Positions 1 through 13,500 of a stretch of 64,000 nucleotides of DNA are shown here, in pieces (the stretch's first letter is position 1; the number at the start of each line of letters is the position of its first letter). The position numbers and the translations under genes are program-made. The notes below the pieces were generated by a model. The model had not been told where the DNA came from and ran no database searches. It worked only from the letters and a program-made list of their open reading frames with translations. Source of the stretch: Laetmonice hystrix (lineage: Eukaryota); assembly GCA_965235115.1 (NCBI GenBank), contig OZ249437.1, positions 51,026,001-51,090,000 on the forward strand. The letters run 5' to 3'.

Positions 1-3000
1 AGCGGAAATATCTCAGGTCCCTGGGTAAGGGTTCCGCCAGGACTTTGTAGCGGCATCCTGCCTTGAGTCCCGACTGGGGCCAACCACGATGAATTGGGCT
101 CCTTTCAATTTTTGCTTGATCGCGCCATGCATACCGTGAAAACGATCTGCTAGCGTCAGCCCGTTCAGGGCCCGCGGTTCTGGAGCCCGCCCCTACCGCT
201 TTCACCAGCAAATCGCCAGAATCGGTTTCCCTTTCCCAATCCCCGTTTGCATGCATCCCATTCCCTAGCTGGCAGCAACGCGCAGCCTCGTAGGCCCTTC
301 AAATACCCTCACAGACAAAGCATCATCCATCGACCCGTCGGCAGCGGAGACCTGATACTTCAGAAAGTTCAGAAACGTGTCAGGAAGGGATCTTTTGATG
401 TAATAGCCCGCTTATAACCGACGTGTCCTCGCCGCCTTGTTAGGTGCTTCCTGCAGTCAACTGAAGCAGACAGGCGGCGACCTAACGACGACTCAAACCT
501 TTGAAGTCGATGCAGGTTTGGTTAATTTGCACAGGCGTGAAAATCATGACCAAGACCGAATGGCGGGGTCGAACACGGATCGTGTAGACCTCAACGCGCA
601 TTTCCTTTGATAATTTCCCATAAATAATACGATTTGTACGGACTTTGGATAATCTTCTATGTGTGGATCGAGCTATCTCAGGCGAATGTTTACTCGGCCG
701 AGACTCTACGAATCATGAGGTAAAATGTAATGTTTCAACGACCCGTCCATGGTAGAATTCGGATGTAATGGCAGTGACTTCTTCTACGAATGACACTGAA
801 AGCATCGAGACGCAATTAAGGAAGATGCGCACGTAATAACGATTATAATGGCAGTAACATGACCTAGGATTTAGATCCTGTTTGAAGATGGCAGGTCATT
901 GTACAAATTTACAATATCAAAGACCGATGATAACCACAGAGACTTTTAAGTAGGACCCGAAACCCACTTCAATCATAACTGACGGTTACTTTGTTGGTAT
1001 TTTTGTCAGGCGATGACAAATCAATCCTGTTCTCATAAAACTATAGACAATGAAAGATGAAAGACATGTCTACAGTTGTGAATTCTTAAGATCTGACGTG
1101 ATCTTAAATCAACGTTATTCCCTTTGATCTGTGTTGGATTTCAACGCGTCGAGTTTAACTCTATACGTAATGGTAATGATTATGTGAAGATGGTGCTAAC
1201 GTTATCAATCACAAGGAATACATTCACATCATGGTTGTATACGTAATAGAAATTACGCAATGTAAAACAGTGCTCAATGGTAGAGAAAATAGTGGCCTGC
1301 AAGTCATTATCTAAAAAATAAATAAAATGAATTTTTAAACCAGAGATTTGAGGTTTTATAGAGCAGGAAGTGTGTCTGTTTGTGATTATTTAGTAATAGT
1401 TTTACTTATTCATTACTGACATTGGGACAGGTGACTGCCTTTTGTTAGTAAGACCACGGTTCCGATCTTAACACTAGTTTTTTGCCAAACTGGCATCTGG
1501 GTTAAAATCGAAAGTGATGGAATTCATGCAGGCTGGTCGACATGAAAACACAAGGGGGAAGAAACGTTAAAACGGATTTTAGGAGATATTTTAAATATCT
1601 TTGTAAGGGAGACTCAATCCATCAGTTATGCATTCATGTTTATAAAAACAATTCGAGGGAAGTGCATATAATTTCTTGTTAAATGTAACTTTATGTATCA
1701 GGACTGGGGCGCCAATTTCTTGGTGACCATATAAGGTCACAATATGTTACGTTGATTCAGTGAACACGACGGCATCATAAAAAGCGCAACTTTAACTGCT
1801 GTCCGATGTATTTCTAAAGTACACAGGACCAGTATTCTGAAGATTCACGTTTCCCTTGACTTTAGGATTTCATTACGATTTTAAATTTAAAGAACGCGGA
1901 TAAATGGGGGTTCGGAAACGGATAATAATCAGACAATACACAATGCATTCTGCCCTTAATCACAAAGAAGGTCAGGGTCACATCCACTGTGCATGCGCAC
2001 ATGTCGTCAATAACTAAGGCACAGGTCCTTCTTTTATGGTACAGCTATAGGCTTTCCATTGTTAGAAACTTTTGGGTTATAGATTTACCTAGAATATTAC
2101 TGACCAAGTCAGGATTTCGACAATGCTCCCAGCCACCTAGTGTCGTATTTGTGAACTAGACGTGCCCGATGTTGAAGCAGAGGATCGTTAATCTATTAAT
2201 AGCACAGTGGCAGATACGATTCCCCCTCGCACAAAGCTGAAGAACGAGAATGTCGCTTTATCAGAGCTCTCCCCCCCCCCAAGCTCTTCAACAGTCTTCT
2301 CATCCACAAATGCCTATGTTTTTAACACGCATTCTTCAGACTCCTTTCCTGATAAATTAGAAAGAAAAATATTACGCGCCATTCATTCATCTGTTTAAAA
2401 TCAAGACGTCCTCTTTGCTCGGCCAAGGAAACATCAAACCTTGTGGTTATGGCCGAGACATCCTGTATGAAAGGAAGTATCACTCTACAAAATCCATGCA
2501 TCCTGCTTGGCATTCTCATACAGCGGAAGTCGTAGCAGGTGCGGCGACTGTGTCTTCTCAGTGCCCAGAATGGCACTTCACAGACGTGTTCAGAGACACA
2601 ATACCTCCGTATCCGACTGTGAATCGAGTCCCTATACCAACGCTGACTGTTTCAGCACAGTCAATGTGCACGTCTCTAAAAATGTTAAAACAGTTCCCAG
2701 AGCGCTTTACCGACGTGCTCCTCGGCCTCAAATTGTAGCCTGAGGCCAAGTACAGACCGGACAAGTGCTTCGACATGTTCGTGGTGTTCATTCTGGCAGA
2801 TAACTTGCCGTTTTATGAAACTTTGTCACCACGATCGGCAACAGACTCGCCCAAAAATACAATCACAGGCCACGGCCTCTGCCAGGCACTGCTCCACCTG
2901 GGTTATGTCCATGGCTCGAGCGCGCAGCAAGATTAACTTTCAGTACAACCTCGCCAATAAGTGACTCTCCAGGAGATTTTACCGTTATAAAAGAGGGGCC

Positions 3001-4490
3001 AGAATATAAATTCTAGCCCTGTATTCAGTCAGACAAGGTTCTACGCGAAAAAGAAACTGTTCTTCTTGTAGTATCCGAGTTGCAGCCTCAGGCGCCGTCT
3101 GCTGAAAAGTCTAAATCTGACGGAAAACAATGCATTGACACGTCAAAGAACACCCTCCAGACAACCACTGTGCGGTCAGTGTACACCTAAAACCATTTCA
3201 AGCCTCATTTCCCATCGTCCGTTGGAACACAAAAAAGTATTGAGGGAAAATGATACTTGAGATAAACACATTCCTCAACATGGCAAATGCGATAACATAT
3301 GCGATTGGCCTGATTGGCTACTATGTACTGATGCGTAAGACTGATAAATGTCATGGTTGTAAGTCGTCAGCACAATCAATTGCTAATGTTCTCTATGGTG
3401 GCCATTATGCATACGGAACGATTCAGGTTAACACAACTGCTACACCCACACAAGAATTCTGCAATATGATTTGGAATGTTGCGGGGAAGCGCATAATGCA
3501 AATCGTTATAAGATGATCCTATATGATGTGTTCCAACCACGCGACGTAAATCAAATTTGACTGGAGTTTCAGCAAGGAAAATGATGACCTCCTCAGCAAC
3601 ATCTAAAGATGCGCCTGTGGCTCTGACAGAACGCTGGCTTAGCGTCTCCACTCGGGGGTAAGAGAGAGATTAGGGCCAGCTCTTCTCAAATTCTATCCCA
3701 GGATGTGCACCTCTTGCTCAATTAAACAAGCCAAGTCCACGTACTCATTGACCTCATGAAGATTTCCCCTAGAGAGCAGTTTTAGGTGGAATCCTCAGGA
3801 ACCCGATGATTCACAAATTCTCAATATTTATTTAAGTTCTGACCGTTAGGACAATTATTACGTTGACGTGTTGTTTAACTGCAGAATAACGTTGGATTTG
3901 AAAATAGGTGACCATTGAAAGTATAGCCAACCGGTGCGTGCGAAGGTAGACAGATGTATACAGTGTAATTTGGGAATCTTTTTACGGCGGACAGATCAAT
4001 ATTGACGGACCAATTATACTGCCAACACAATATTTTAGATAGGTGTTCACGCATGAGGGAGTGCTGCGGCCATTCATTGGATTGCCTAGTTTGGACCTTA
4101 TCGCTTCTCTCCCATGCAGGAAGGCTATCTGTATTCTCCGTCTTTGAAGTAGCTTCCCTCTAATTACATTTTACGAAATTATTTTTGTTCTGGTAGAAGG
4201 GATTATATTATCAGTTTAAGAATGTGAGACTACTTCGACACGACTATTTACATAGCGCCTTATCCCAACTGTACACACTTTCCTGGCAACCATCAGGACT
4301 TTGCTTCAGTTGTTGAGTAGCAGCAGCGGGGTGTGATGATTACATAAGTATGTAATCTGGACTTGCATTGTTCCAGGTCAAACTAAAAGGGGACACATCT
4401 CTACCCAATAAAAAAATACCAATCGCTGGTTTTCGTCAGGAAGAAATGAGATATTTGGTGATGTGAATGGAACGCATCTTGCAGTACTTG

Positions 4491-4492
<2 letters not shown>

Positions 4493-4548
<56 letters not shown>

Positions 4549-4624
4549 AGAGAGAGAGAGAGTAGAGAAAGACAGGGAGAGAAGAGAGCGAGAGACAAAG
4601 AAGAGAGAGGGAGTAGAGAAAGAG

Positions 4625-4656
<32 letters not shown>
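4493..4656. repeat. (GA)n imperfect microsatellite
   Basis: About 164 bp purine tract, pure at both ends and degenerate in the middle. Confidence 0.97.
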
Positions 4657-4659
<3 letters not shown>

Positions 4660-7355
4660 GGATGAGAAATAGACAAGTTACCCGAGTGAGACTGTTACAA
4701 GAATTCTGATTAAAATCCTTACAAATATAAGTACCACATACATACATAACCTACAAACACGTAGCCTACACCCCTACCTACCTACAGGCAGCCAGACATA
4801 GACAAGTGTGATTAATTATCCTAGGCTACATAATGAATGGTGGTGGTGATGAAAAAAAAAAGTTTTTATATGGCCGCCGCCTGTGACATATCTGGGATTC
4901 AATGGATGTATTCAAACCCACTGCCCATATGGGAGGCTACAGCCTCGCATTTCACAGTACCACGAAGTGCCAACAGTCCATTAATGTGAAACAATGAAGT
5001 ATGCATGTTCCCATGACAACATCACCATATACTTCTTGACTATGGCTCGAGTCCACAAAGACCACCTGATTGAATGGGCTGATTGGGCAAGTTGTCCTTC
5101 TGTGTTGGTCTCTTACAACCAATTCTCATTCCACATATAGGCAGTCATGAAGAATTTACCTAACATGAAACGTGATAACAGAACAGGAGCGCCTGAAAAA
5201 TGCTCTTCTGCACGGTTACGAGGGGAACCTTATTCTTTAACATACCGATTTACGATTCAACATGTAAAATCGTCATTGACAGAGCTGCGGTTTGGAATTG
5301 CATCTAAGCATTCTGAATGCGGTTCATTACGTGCACATGATGGCCTGTCGCCACTGTGGTGATCGTCGGGGGAAAGTTATAGGCCCGGAGAATTCCGTGA
5401 CCGACTCTACCCACCTCCACCCTCTTATAGTATCCCTTCGCAGAAACTCGTGCAATCAGTGAAATAACGATTCGTGGCTACATTCTGAGGCACAAAGAAC
5501 TACCCCAGATCTTACAGCCTCCATCGCCATCTCTTTTATGGAATCATTAGGAACCATAGAAGTGCACGTTGATAACTGCCGGAGCCCTAGCTGCCTATAT
5601 CAGAATGATTACAGCTACCGTTGACTTGGCTAAGCGGCCTTAATCACAGACTTCGATTGCCGGAAGAATGGTCTAACATTAGCTAGCGCGCGATGTGGCC
5701 GCTAGGGGTCAGGTGAGCCCTAAGATCACGCGGTCGTGTGCCAACCTCTCAGATAGGGCGCGCGTAGGAATCTTCACTGCTCGGTAAAGTGATTAACCTC
5801 TAACCTTGGCAAGTGGCAATGACGCCAGGATGCAGGTGACATAAAGTAGGCCCACTCATCACTCGAAACATTTGGGTCGAATCGTGAGAGAAGGCGCCTA
5901 ACAAGGCCCCTAAAACGATCATGTCCTGCATTATAATTTTGGATTGTCTTTAAATTATTTTTCCCACGTCCTGTATACATGTAGGTGGGTTGCTCGTTTG
6001 TAATCGGGACATGCCGGTTTGTAGCTTGCAACCATGTGATTTCCCAATAGACATGGCCTCGCAAGGATGCGGCCTAGGTCTATCAGAGAGGGCGCCCTTC
6101 TTCATCAGAGTCGCGTAGATGACGACAAACACCAATGAATAATTAACGGAAACGCTGGACTCAGGTCTGTTCTACGCCCAAATTTACCTCGCAGAATGTC
6201 GAGCCAACTACTTTTATTGAAATAAATTGAGAAAAAACAAGGGATGAGGTGGGCACCGCAGTATGATAGTCCTGCTTCCATGGCCATTGATCTACGGTGG
6301 ATGAGGAATACGACCAGTTCGCCTTGGCCGAAGTGGGTCTCTGGCGAATCTACGGTCCGTCGACCAGGATCAAGCGGCTATTTTTATGGACCGGCAACGT
6401 TCTGTTTATGGTCCCGCATTGTGTGGACCGTGCACACAAACAACGTCATTTTCGGACTCCTCAGCAAGATAGAGGGCGGTAATGCGGTAAATGTATTGCC
6501 GCAAGGGTCAAGCTTGACAACCACTTTGAAGCCCCTTGTTCGCTGCAATTGAAGTAGCGTCTCCACACTTATGTTGAATTAGTCGCGTTTTACACAGAAG
6601 CTTACGTCTGTCGGGGTCGGTCAATGATTGGTCAGGTCGTCTGTCGGCCACCTCTGTGACGTCGACGGTGTCGGGAGTTCATGACCCCGGACTCCTCCTG
6701 ACGTCCTCCCAACGACGGACCTGGAAGCCAGTGGTGATCTTTCTCCAGACTTCTGGGACCTGTAACGATTATGTGGCCTGTGAACTACAGGCCGATTTGG
6801 CTTTACGCCCGAAGATCAAAGTTTGGGCCGTTGGGATCAATGCGGTTGAGGAGGACGGGAGGAAGGGTATGACGGAAGCAGTGTCTGGACCCAGCAGGCA
6901 CGCGGACGGCACGGTGCGGCAGCCCGGAGAGGCTCGCGTCCACCGACCGTCTTTAGACCGGGCACCGCTACGGGTGAACGCAAAGCCAAACTCGCCTCCG
7001 TCCGGCCTACTTGTACGATGTCAGTACATACCGAGTAAAAATAGGCCCTAGGCCTACGCCATGGGGGTGGTAAACAGCAAACTCCCGCCCACTTCTTAAC
7101 GCCAAAGGGCTTCCTTTTTTATATAAGTAGAACGATTAAGAGCTGTGATTCTTTCCGGCTTTGGGTTCATAGACCGCCAAAGTCTTCTCGAACATTTTTA
7201 GACGCAATCCACAGTTCATTGTCACTTCATTGTTTCTTCATCAATCCTTTCAACTGAATCTTTCCTTCCACCTTCCAGTCAGAGAAAGGTACAGGGCGTA
7301 CCCTCCATTCAGTCATTCCTCCGCTTTTGTTTCAATATCATAGCAAATCATGCAT

Positions 7356-7439
7356 CTTCCTCCTCCTCCTCCTCCTCCTCCCCTCCCCCTCCTCCTCCTC
7401 CTCCTCCTCCTCCTCCTACTCCACCACCACCATCACCAC
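7356..7439. repeat. (CCT)n/(CCA)n microsatellite
   Basis: A CCT run grading into CCA/CAT triplets. Confidence 0.95.
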
Positions 7440-8402
7440 AAATAAAACACCATGTCCGCCCCAATCACTCAATCAACATAATACCGACGAGTTGCCTATA
7501 TATAGTTTTCATTAGCTGCAGTCCTATAGGTTTCAGCTATAGGTCATTGGTCAATCAACCATGAAGCAATCGATCGATCATTCCAACCACTAACCTACTC
7601 GGTATCCTCGTTCGTTGTGCCCACGACCATACCTAATCCGTCTAGGAGGCCTTTAACAGTCATTAGTGTTTGTCACTTTTCTTTGCAAGACCACAGATCC
7701 TCTAACCGGAACAAAATCCACTTGTCACATCTGATGAACAAACAAGTATACATTTAAAAGTACGAGGTAATCTTTTTAATAGTACGTGTATAGATTAATT
7801 GGTATAAGTAAATCCCTTTTTTTTTATCAAAATGCCACATTGATTCTCTGCCGTGGTAGCGGCGAACAATAGAAACTTTGAACCAGAGAATAAAAACCAG
7901 AAAGTGTAGATTGAGGCGATCGTTGAGAGCAGCAGGGGACTGAACGTGATGTATGGGGTTTCCGATGTTTTCAGCATCCAAGCCCGTACTGATGTCAGGA
8001 GAACACACTGATGTACATAGCTTCCTTCCACACCTAGATACAGTATGAGACAGTGGTGTGGGGACCACTTCATCATTCTGACGTTTTCTCCCGTCTCAAT
8101 ACTCTCAACCTGGCCCCAACTCGCTCATATACATCCGGGTCCCATGCATCTTGAACAATCCCCACATAACATGCTTCAGTGCATACAAAGTATAGAAGTC
8201 TTAGATATTTGTTTTTCTCGCCACCAAATTACCTAATAGAGGAAATAGACACTCGTTAGCATACCTGGAGAAACCTATGTCTGAACAACCCTCATCACCT
8301 CTCTGTACATAGAGATGATTTCAGGATCTCTTTTCGGGGAGCAATTATAGAGATTATGACTCCACTCTTTACGCTAATGTATTAGGGTTCCTAGAAGGTA
8401 CG

Positions 8403-8617
8403 ATATATAGTCTCTTTAGATATTACCAGAGTAGCAATGCTAATTTTACATTCATGTATATATAGTCTCTTTAGATATTACCAGAGTAGCAATGCTAATT
8501 TTACATTCATGTATATATAGTCTCTTTAGATATTACCAGAGTAGCAATGCTAATTTTACATTCATGTATAGTCTCTTTAGATATTACCAGAGTAGCAATG
8601 CTAATTTTACATTCATG
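8403..8617. repeat. Minisatellite, 55-bp unit x about 4
   Basis: Unit atatatagtctctttagatattaccagagtagcaatgctaattttacattcatgt at 8403, 8458, 8513, 8568 (last copy is missing part of the TA run). Confidence 0.97.
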
Positions 8618-9932
8618 CACTGTCAATCATGTCGCCACCTGAAGCCCAAGAAGACTCGACAAACATTCTGTTTATGGCGGACTATACGGTGCCGGTTAGC
8701 AGCGTGACGTTATCTGTTTATGTCAGACCAGTCATTCCGTTATCTGAGTTAATGTCAAGACGCAACTGCCGTATTTATCTTCGTTATTCCCCTCGATAAT
8801 GATTGTCGCTATTACGTCGCTAAGCATCGGCCGCTCTATGGCAAAAACACCGATTTGATGATGATGTATGGCAGTGGGAATGCCCCGCTTAGATTACAGG
8901 TGTAGGGATCGTTAATCCGCTGAGTGGATCAGGTGTATATGTGGGGGTGGGGGTGGGGGTAGTATATATAGCGAGGGGTATGGTGAACTCGGGGGTAGAT
9001 ACGGGGGGGGGGGTTGTCAGGATAATCACGAATCAAGGATCCATAGCGATTTTCTATTTGATCCGGCTTCACCAAGGCTGGCAGCTCGCCCCTCCTACCA
9101 ACACAAATGATTCGAGCGTGAGTAATCCCTCGTGATTCGACCTTGGTGCTATCTCCCACGTATAGCCACCCCGCCCCCCATCACCGCGAGCACAGGTCTA
9201 GCCAACATGACAAAGTACGCAGGACGGCAGGATGTTACTCCGCCCATCACAACAGGGGTTCGTCGGCCTTCTGAGGCTGTCTTTATTAATATCTCCCCTG
9301 TTGGATTAACCTCGACAATGGATAACGTTCTGCATTCCTTCCGATGTGGTTAGGAGAAAAAAACACGCCAGCCTGATAACTACCGCTGCTTCCTTCAAGC
9401 CGGCTTTACGCCCCGAATAGCTGAGAAGCCAGCGAGTGGACGCCGAACGCCCCCCCCCCCCCCACAAGTCACAGGGAGCGAATTAAGCGCCCGCGTGAAG
9501 CCATGAGGACAGTCGCCCCTGAATGTCACCCAGGTCGTCGTAGGTCACAGGGATAGACGCGGAGTTGTCCGATATATCATGGGTCGACAGCTTACCGTCC
9601 AATTACCATCATTTGAATGAGCGGGAGAGATTAAAAGTATGGGGTTGTCTTTTCAAGGGGGCCATACATGAACCTAATTAGCGTCAATCTCAGAGCACCC
9701 TTGCGGGTCCATCAGATCTGGCCCAGCCCTCTGCCCTTGAGCAATGCTTATCTTTACTGACAGGGCGACACATTCAGTTTGCTATAAGGTCACCATCTTC
9801 AAACGAAACCTCAATAGTATAGGCCTTACCATATAATATGATTTTAAGTGTTTGAAGCCGGATTCCATCCCATCCCACCACCTCCCTTCATGCTGGACTT
9901 ATAACACACTGTTTTTCATCAACATTTCACAG

Positions 9933-10038
9933 ATGTTTCCAGCCACAGCAAGTTCCTCGTTTGTCCCTGGGGAACAGGTCCCTGAAAACACAGTGAAATG
10001 TGTTGTCAATACACTGCCGTGTAAAGTTCTATACGTGG
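9933..10038 (+). other. Candidate 106-nt exon inside the longest non-repeat ORF (9852..10346)
   Basis: Acceptor ttttcatcaacatttcacAG|ATG and donor GTGG|GTGAGT at 10039. Reads MFPATASSSFVPGEQVPENTVKCVVNTLPCKVLYV; no recognisable homology. Confidence 0.2.
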
Positions 10039-10444
10039 GTGAGTCGCGAATATTATTTCACGGATGGGTCTTGACGTTAATGGCACCTCTTTGGCCCGTT
10101 GACGTCCGGGCGACGTGTCGCTGTCAGCCGGTCACGCTCGACCGAGCACAACCACTGACCCATGCGCCCCCTGTCGGCGGAGGAAATCATCGCGCGCCCC
10201 CAGACCCAGCCTCCGCACATATTGGGACGCGTTCCACGTTCACAAGCGGAAATGATGTAACTGATTCAGAATTTGGGGATACAGACGACAAAACTCAACC
10301 TCCTCGGCGAAAAAACGAAGACGATATTATTACTAGTTATTCGTGAAAGAATCATGTGCACCTTCGAAATTGATTTAATTTTTTCGGACAAACATAATAA
10401 TTATATGACATTCATAGGTTTTAGTTAGTATTTACACTATGTAT

Positions 10445-10578
10445 NNNNNNNNNNNNNNNNNNNNNNNNNNNNNNNNNNNNNNNNNNNNNNNNNNNNNNNN
10501 NNNNNNNNNNNNNNNNNNNNNNNNNNNNNNNNNNNNNNNNNNNNNNNNNNNNNNNNNNNNNNNNNNNNNNNNNNNNNN
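10445..10578. other. Assembly gap (134 N)
   Basis: Run of Ns; true length and content unknown. Confidence 1.
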
Positions 10579-13500
10579 GCTCATCCTATTTTTTCTCCTC
10601 GTCAAGACCTCAAATTTGTAAAACTCGACAAAGAAAGATTTTCTTCGTTTCTAAAGCTACGCTGTATTTACTTTCTTTAACACTTTAATACCTGATTTAA
10701 CATTGCCTAATTGAATTGCCTTCCTTCAATAAGATCCCAAGTAACTCAGTACTCTCAGCCTATTGTGATGCCACGACCTGTTCCTGCTAGATAAGTCTGT
10801 CAACTGCTACATGCAAGGTCAACGGTTTCCCTGGGTATGATGATGACGTCACTGGCCGCCTCGATTTGACCCTAGCTGTTGCCATACCTACACCGTCCTC
10901 TATCCTTCAGTAACCTGAGACCATATATCTAATGTTCACTATATCAAAGGTTCTTTTATATATAGGCCTATGTATGGATCTGCTCTGTAAGAGGACCATT
11001 CTATGGGAACCGTTATACGAACGAGTCCACCCTTTCATCCTGTTACAGCAGTGTTGACATGATCACACACCGCGCCTTGACGTGAATATTGGATTCAGCT
11101 GAGAAAAAATGGAGGTCCTGCTCCTATTGACCGAGTAATTGGGATCTGTGGGCCTTTACTTGACATACAGAGAATGAAAGTACCGTCTCAGCCACCCAGG
11201 TTCTTGATCCAAACGAGAAGAGAGATAACATATTTTGCCGCACCTGCTCCAGTTCAAAGCGATCTCTAAAAGGGACTAAATGGATATTAAGTTGACAGGT
11301 CAGAAGTTAACAGGCGGCTATATCTCTTATCGTATCAGGCACGAGTGAAGGGGGCGGGCTGGAGAATTCGGAGCTGTGAAGAAGTGGGCTGGCCGCTGCC
11401 ACATGGTTGCAGGTGATTATAATTCGGCACGACTCTGACCAGGCACCGGGTTTATCTACTCGGGGTCATAGTCAGGTCGATCCTGACAGTTACTGGAAAA
11501 GGCTGTTTCACATTATTCTAGAAACATTTCATTTGGACCTTCAGACCAGAGGTTGTAACGTATATGCTTGTCCTCCGGCCAGGAGAAGGCTCTCAAATAT
11601 ATTCCACGCAGGTCTGTGACGGTATCCGGGTTTGTAGTTTGGGCAGTTGGGGGCTACACATTGCTCGCCAGGGACACGCATGCCTGAAGCGAGTTGCACA
11701 CGCTCCCACTTCCAAGAGAACACGTTTGTTATAATAAATTTCTTCCCCCGTTGTCATGGATATAATTCAAGTATCAACCGACGCTGACGTTGTCTAAATG
11801 AGTTGAATTCGCAGCATGGCAGAGTCATGCAGGCCTCGCCGAGCCCAGCACGTGTTCCGACTGAAATTTGAGGACCATAACTGGGGAGAAAGGCGGAGGA
11901 AAATGGATGCCGAATTACCGCTGACAAGCCAGATGTTCATGGAAATGTTAACGTGCTGTGTGACGGACAGGTGTAACATTAATGACAGGTGTCCTGGCAA
12001 TCCTTCCCCGGAAAACAACTCGAGGCCTAAGTCAAGATGTATGCGACTACCGCCCATATCCCGGCTCCATATCTGTCTTGAATGACACACTTAAACTTTG
12101 TGTGATAGAAGAAAAAACGTTGCTATGAAACACCTACCCCCGCTGTCTAACTTACCACGCATAAAAGTCCCTTCACCAGGGAAGAACAAAATTTCATTTC
12201 GGTAACACATGCAGACTGGAGTGATTAGAAAGGCGGCTTTTATTAGAAACGGGAGTAGATCGACTGGAGTTCGGCGCAGATGGCGTCGAGCAAGAAATCC
12301 CTAATGACAGATGATACCGAATGACGCTGAGAGCCAGCGGCTGACCAAACATGAAGTCAAGAAAAAAAAGGATCTTATTCAGGTTACTGTGGGAGAACGG
12401 CCCTGTCGTCGCTGTGCCGAAGATAGCTAAGCTTCGAATTTGCTTTGGCGCCTCCGTACATGATACCGGCACTTTTGAGAAAAATGGCGGGGGTTGCGAC
12501 CTTTGACAAACGCCAGGAGATGGCGCTCCGGTCGCTTGATGAGCAACTTCTGGCTTTGGTCTGTATTTCTCGTGAACTGACACTCCAACACGGGGTCTGA
12601 ACTCACTCTAGTTCAGGTCGGGAAAATAAGAGAATGATACGTATCCTCCCTTGTGTATCCTCTAATCGTTACACCAGGGAGATCGGCATGTGTTTGTAAA
12701 CGTTGCTGACGCCCTATGTTGAAAGGAAGCAGGGATATGGGCAAGATTACATAAACATTAGAGAAGTCTTAGCCAGAGTTTGGGATGTTGTAGTTCTCTG
12801 GTACGCAAGACCAGATTGGGTTACTTTCCAAAGGACATGGATTGCCGCCAACTTCTGAGAAGGTCATCTCAAACAATTGCCCCCACTTATGACTAGTAAC
12901 CACAATAACGCCGCTAAAATACAGCCTCTATAAGCAGCAGTCCTTATACTTTCCAGCTGCTTGCCTGCAATCCCTTAAAGAGTCATAATATTATCTATAG
13001 GCAGACATTCCGCACTTACATTTACCGGCCTTTATTGAAGAGGCCAGACTAATAATAGCGTTTTGTACTCAGATATCGCATCCAACACTGGCCATGGTCC
13101 TGCGTATCGGGTGTCTTCCTCGATTGAAAGCCACGAAAACTTGAAGTAATCATATACACATGAAGACACTCGCCTTTTCTACATACCTGAATCCCCCACC
13201 CACCTGCCTATTTTCTAGCGCATAACATTTCAAATTAAACAGCTCAGCATATCCTATTCAAAATGTGACAGATATACACGACCTGGTTTTGATAGGGCTG
13301 TTCTGTTATTAGTTGTTACCCCCGACCAATGTATACCTTTTCGGACTTAGACAATTTTCGGCCACTTCGGGAATAGGACAGGTAAGTGGGGGATTAAGGT
13401 ATTCACAGCCGTAGCTATTTCTTTTTATAAATCCCATATTGTTTCGTAACTCTATATTTGAAGATAGGATGAAGGCCCAGAGATCCTGCATAACACATTG

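Noticed and set aside
4401-4747. ORFs rich in LS or ER dipeptides (also 41094-41490, 7327-7515, 26234-26599)
   Set aside because: These are translations of GA, CCT and AGCC microsatellites.
10273-10290. FGDTD as the family B DNA polymerase YGDTDS motif
   Set aside because: It is isolated in an acidic low-complexity tail, with no other polymerase motifs in any frame nearby.
13351-13381. 31-nt micro-exon ending in a perfect CAG|GTAAGT
   Set aside because: Weak acceptor and no recognisable peptide; perfect donors occur by chance at this frequency.
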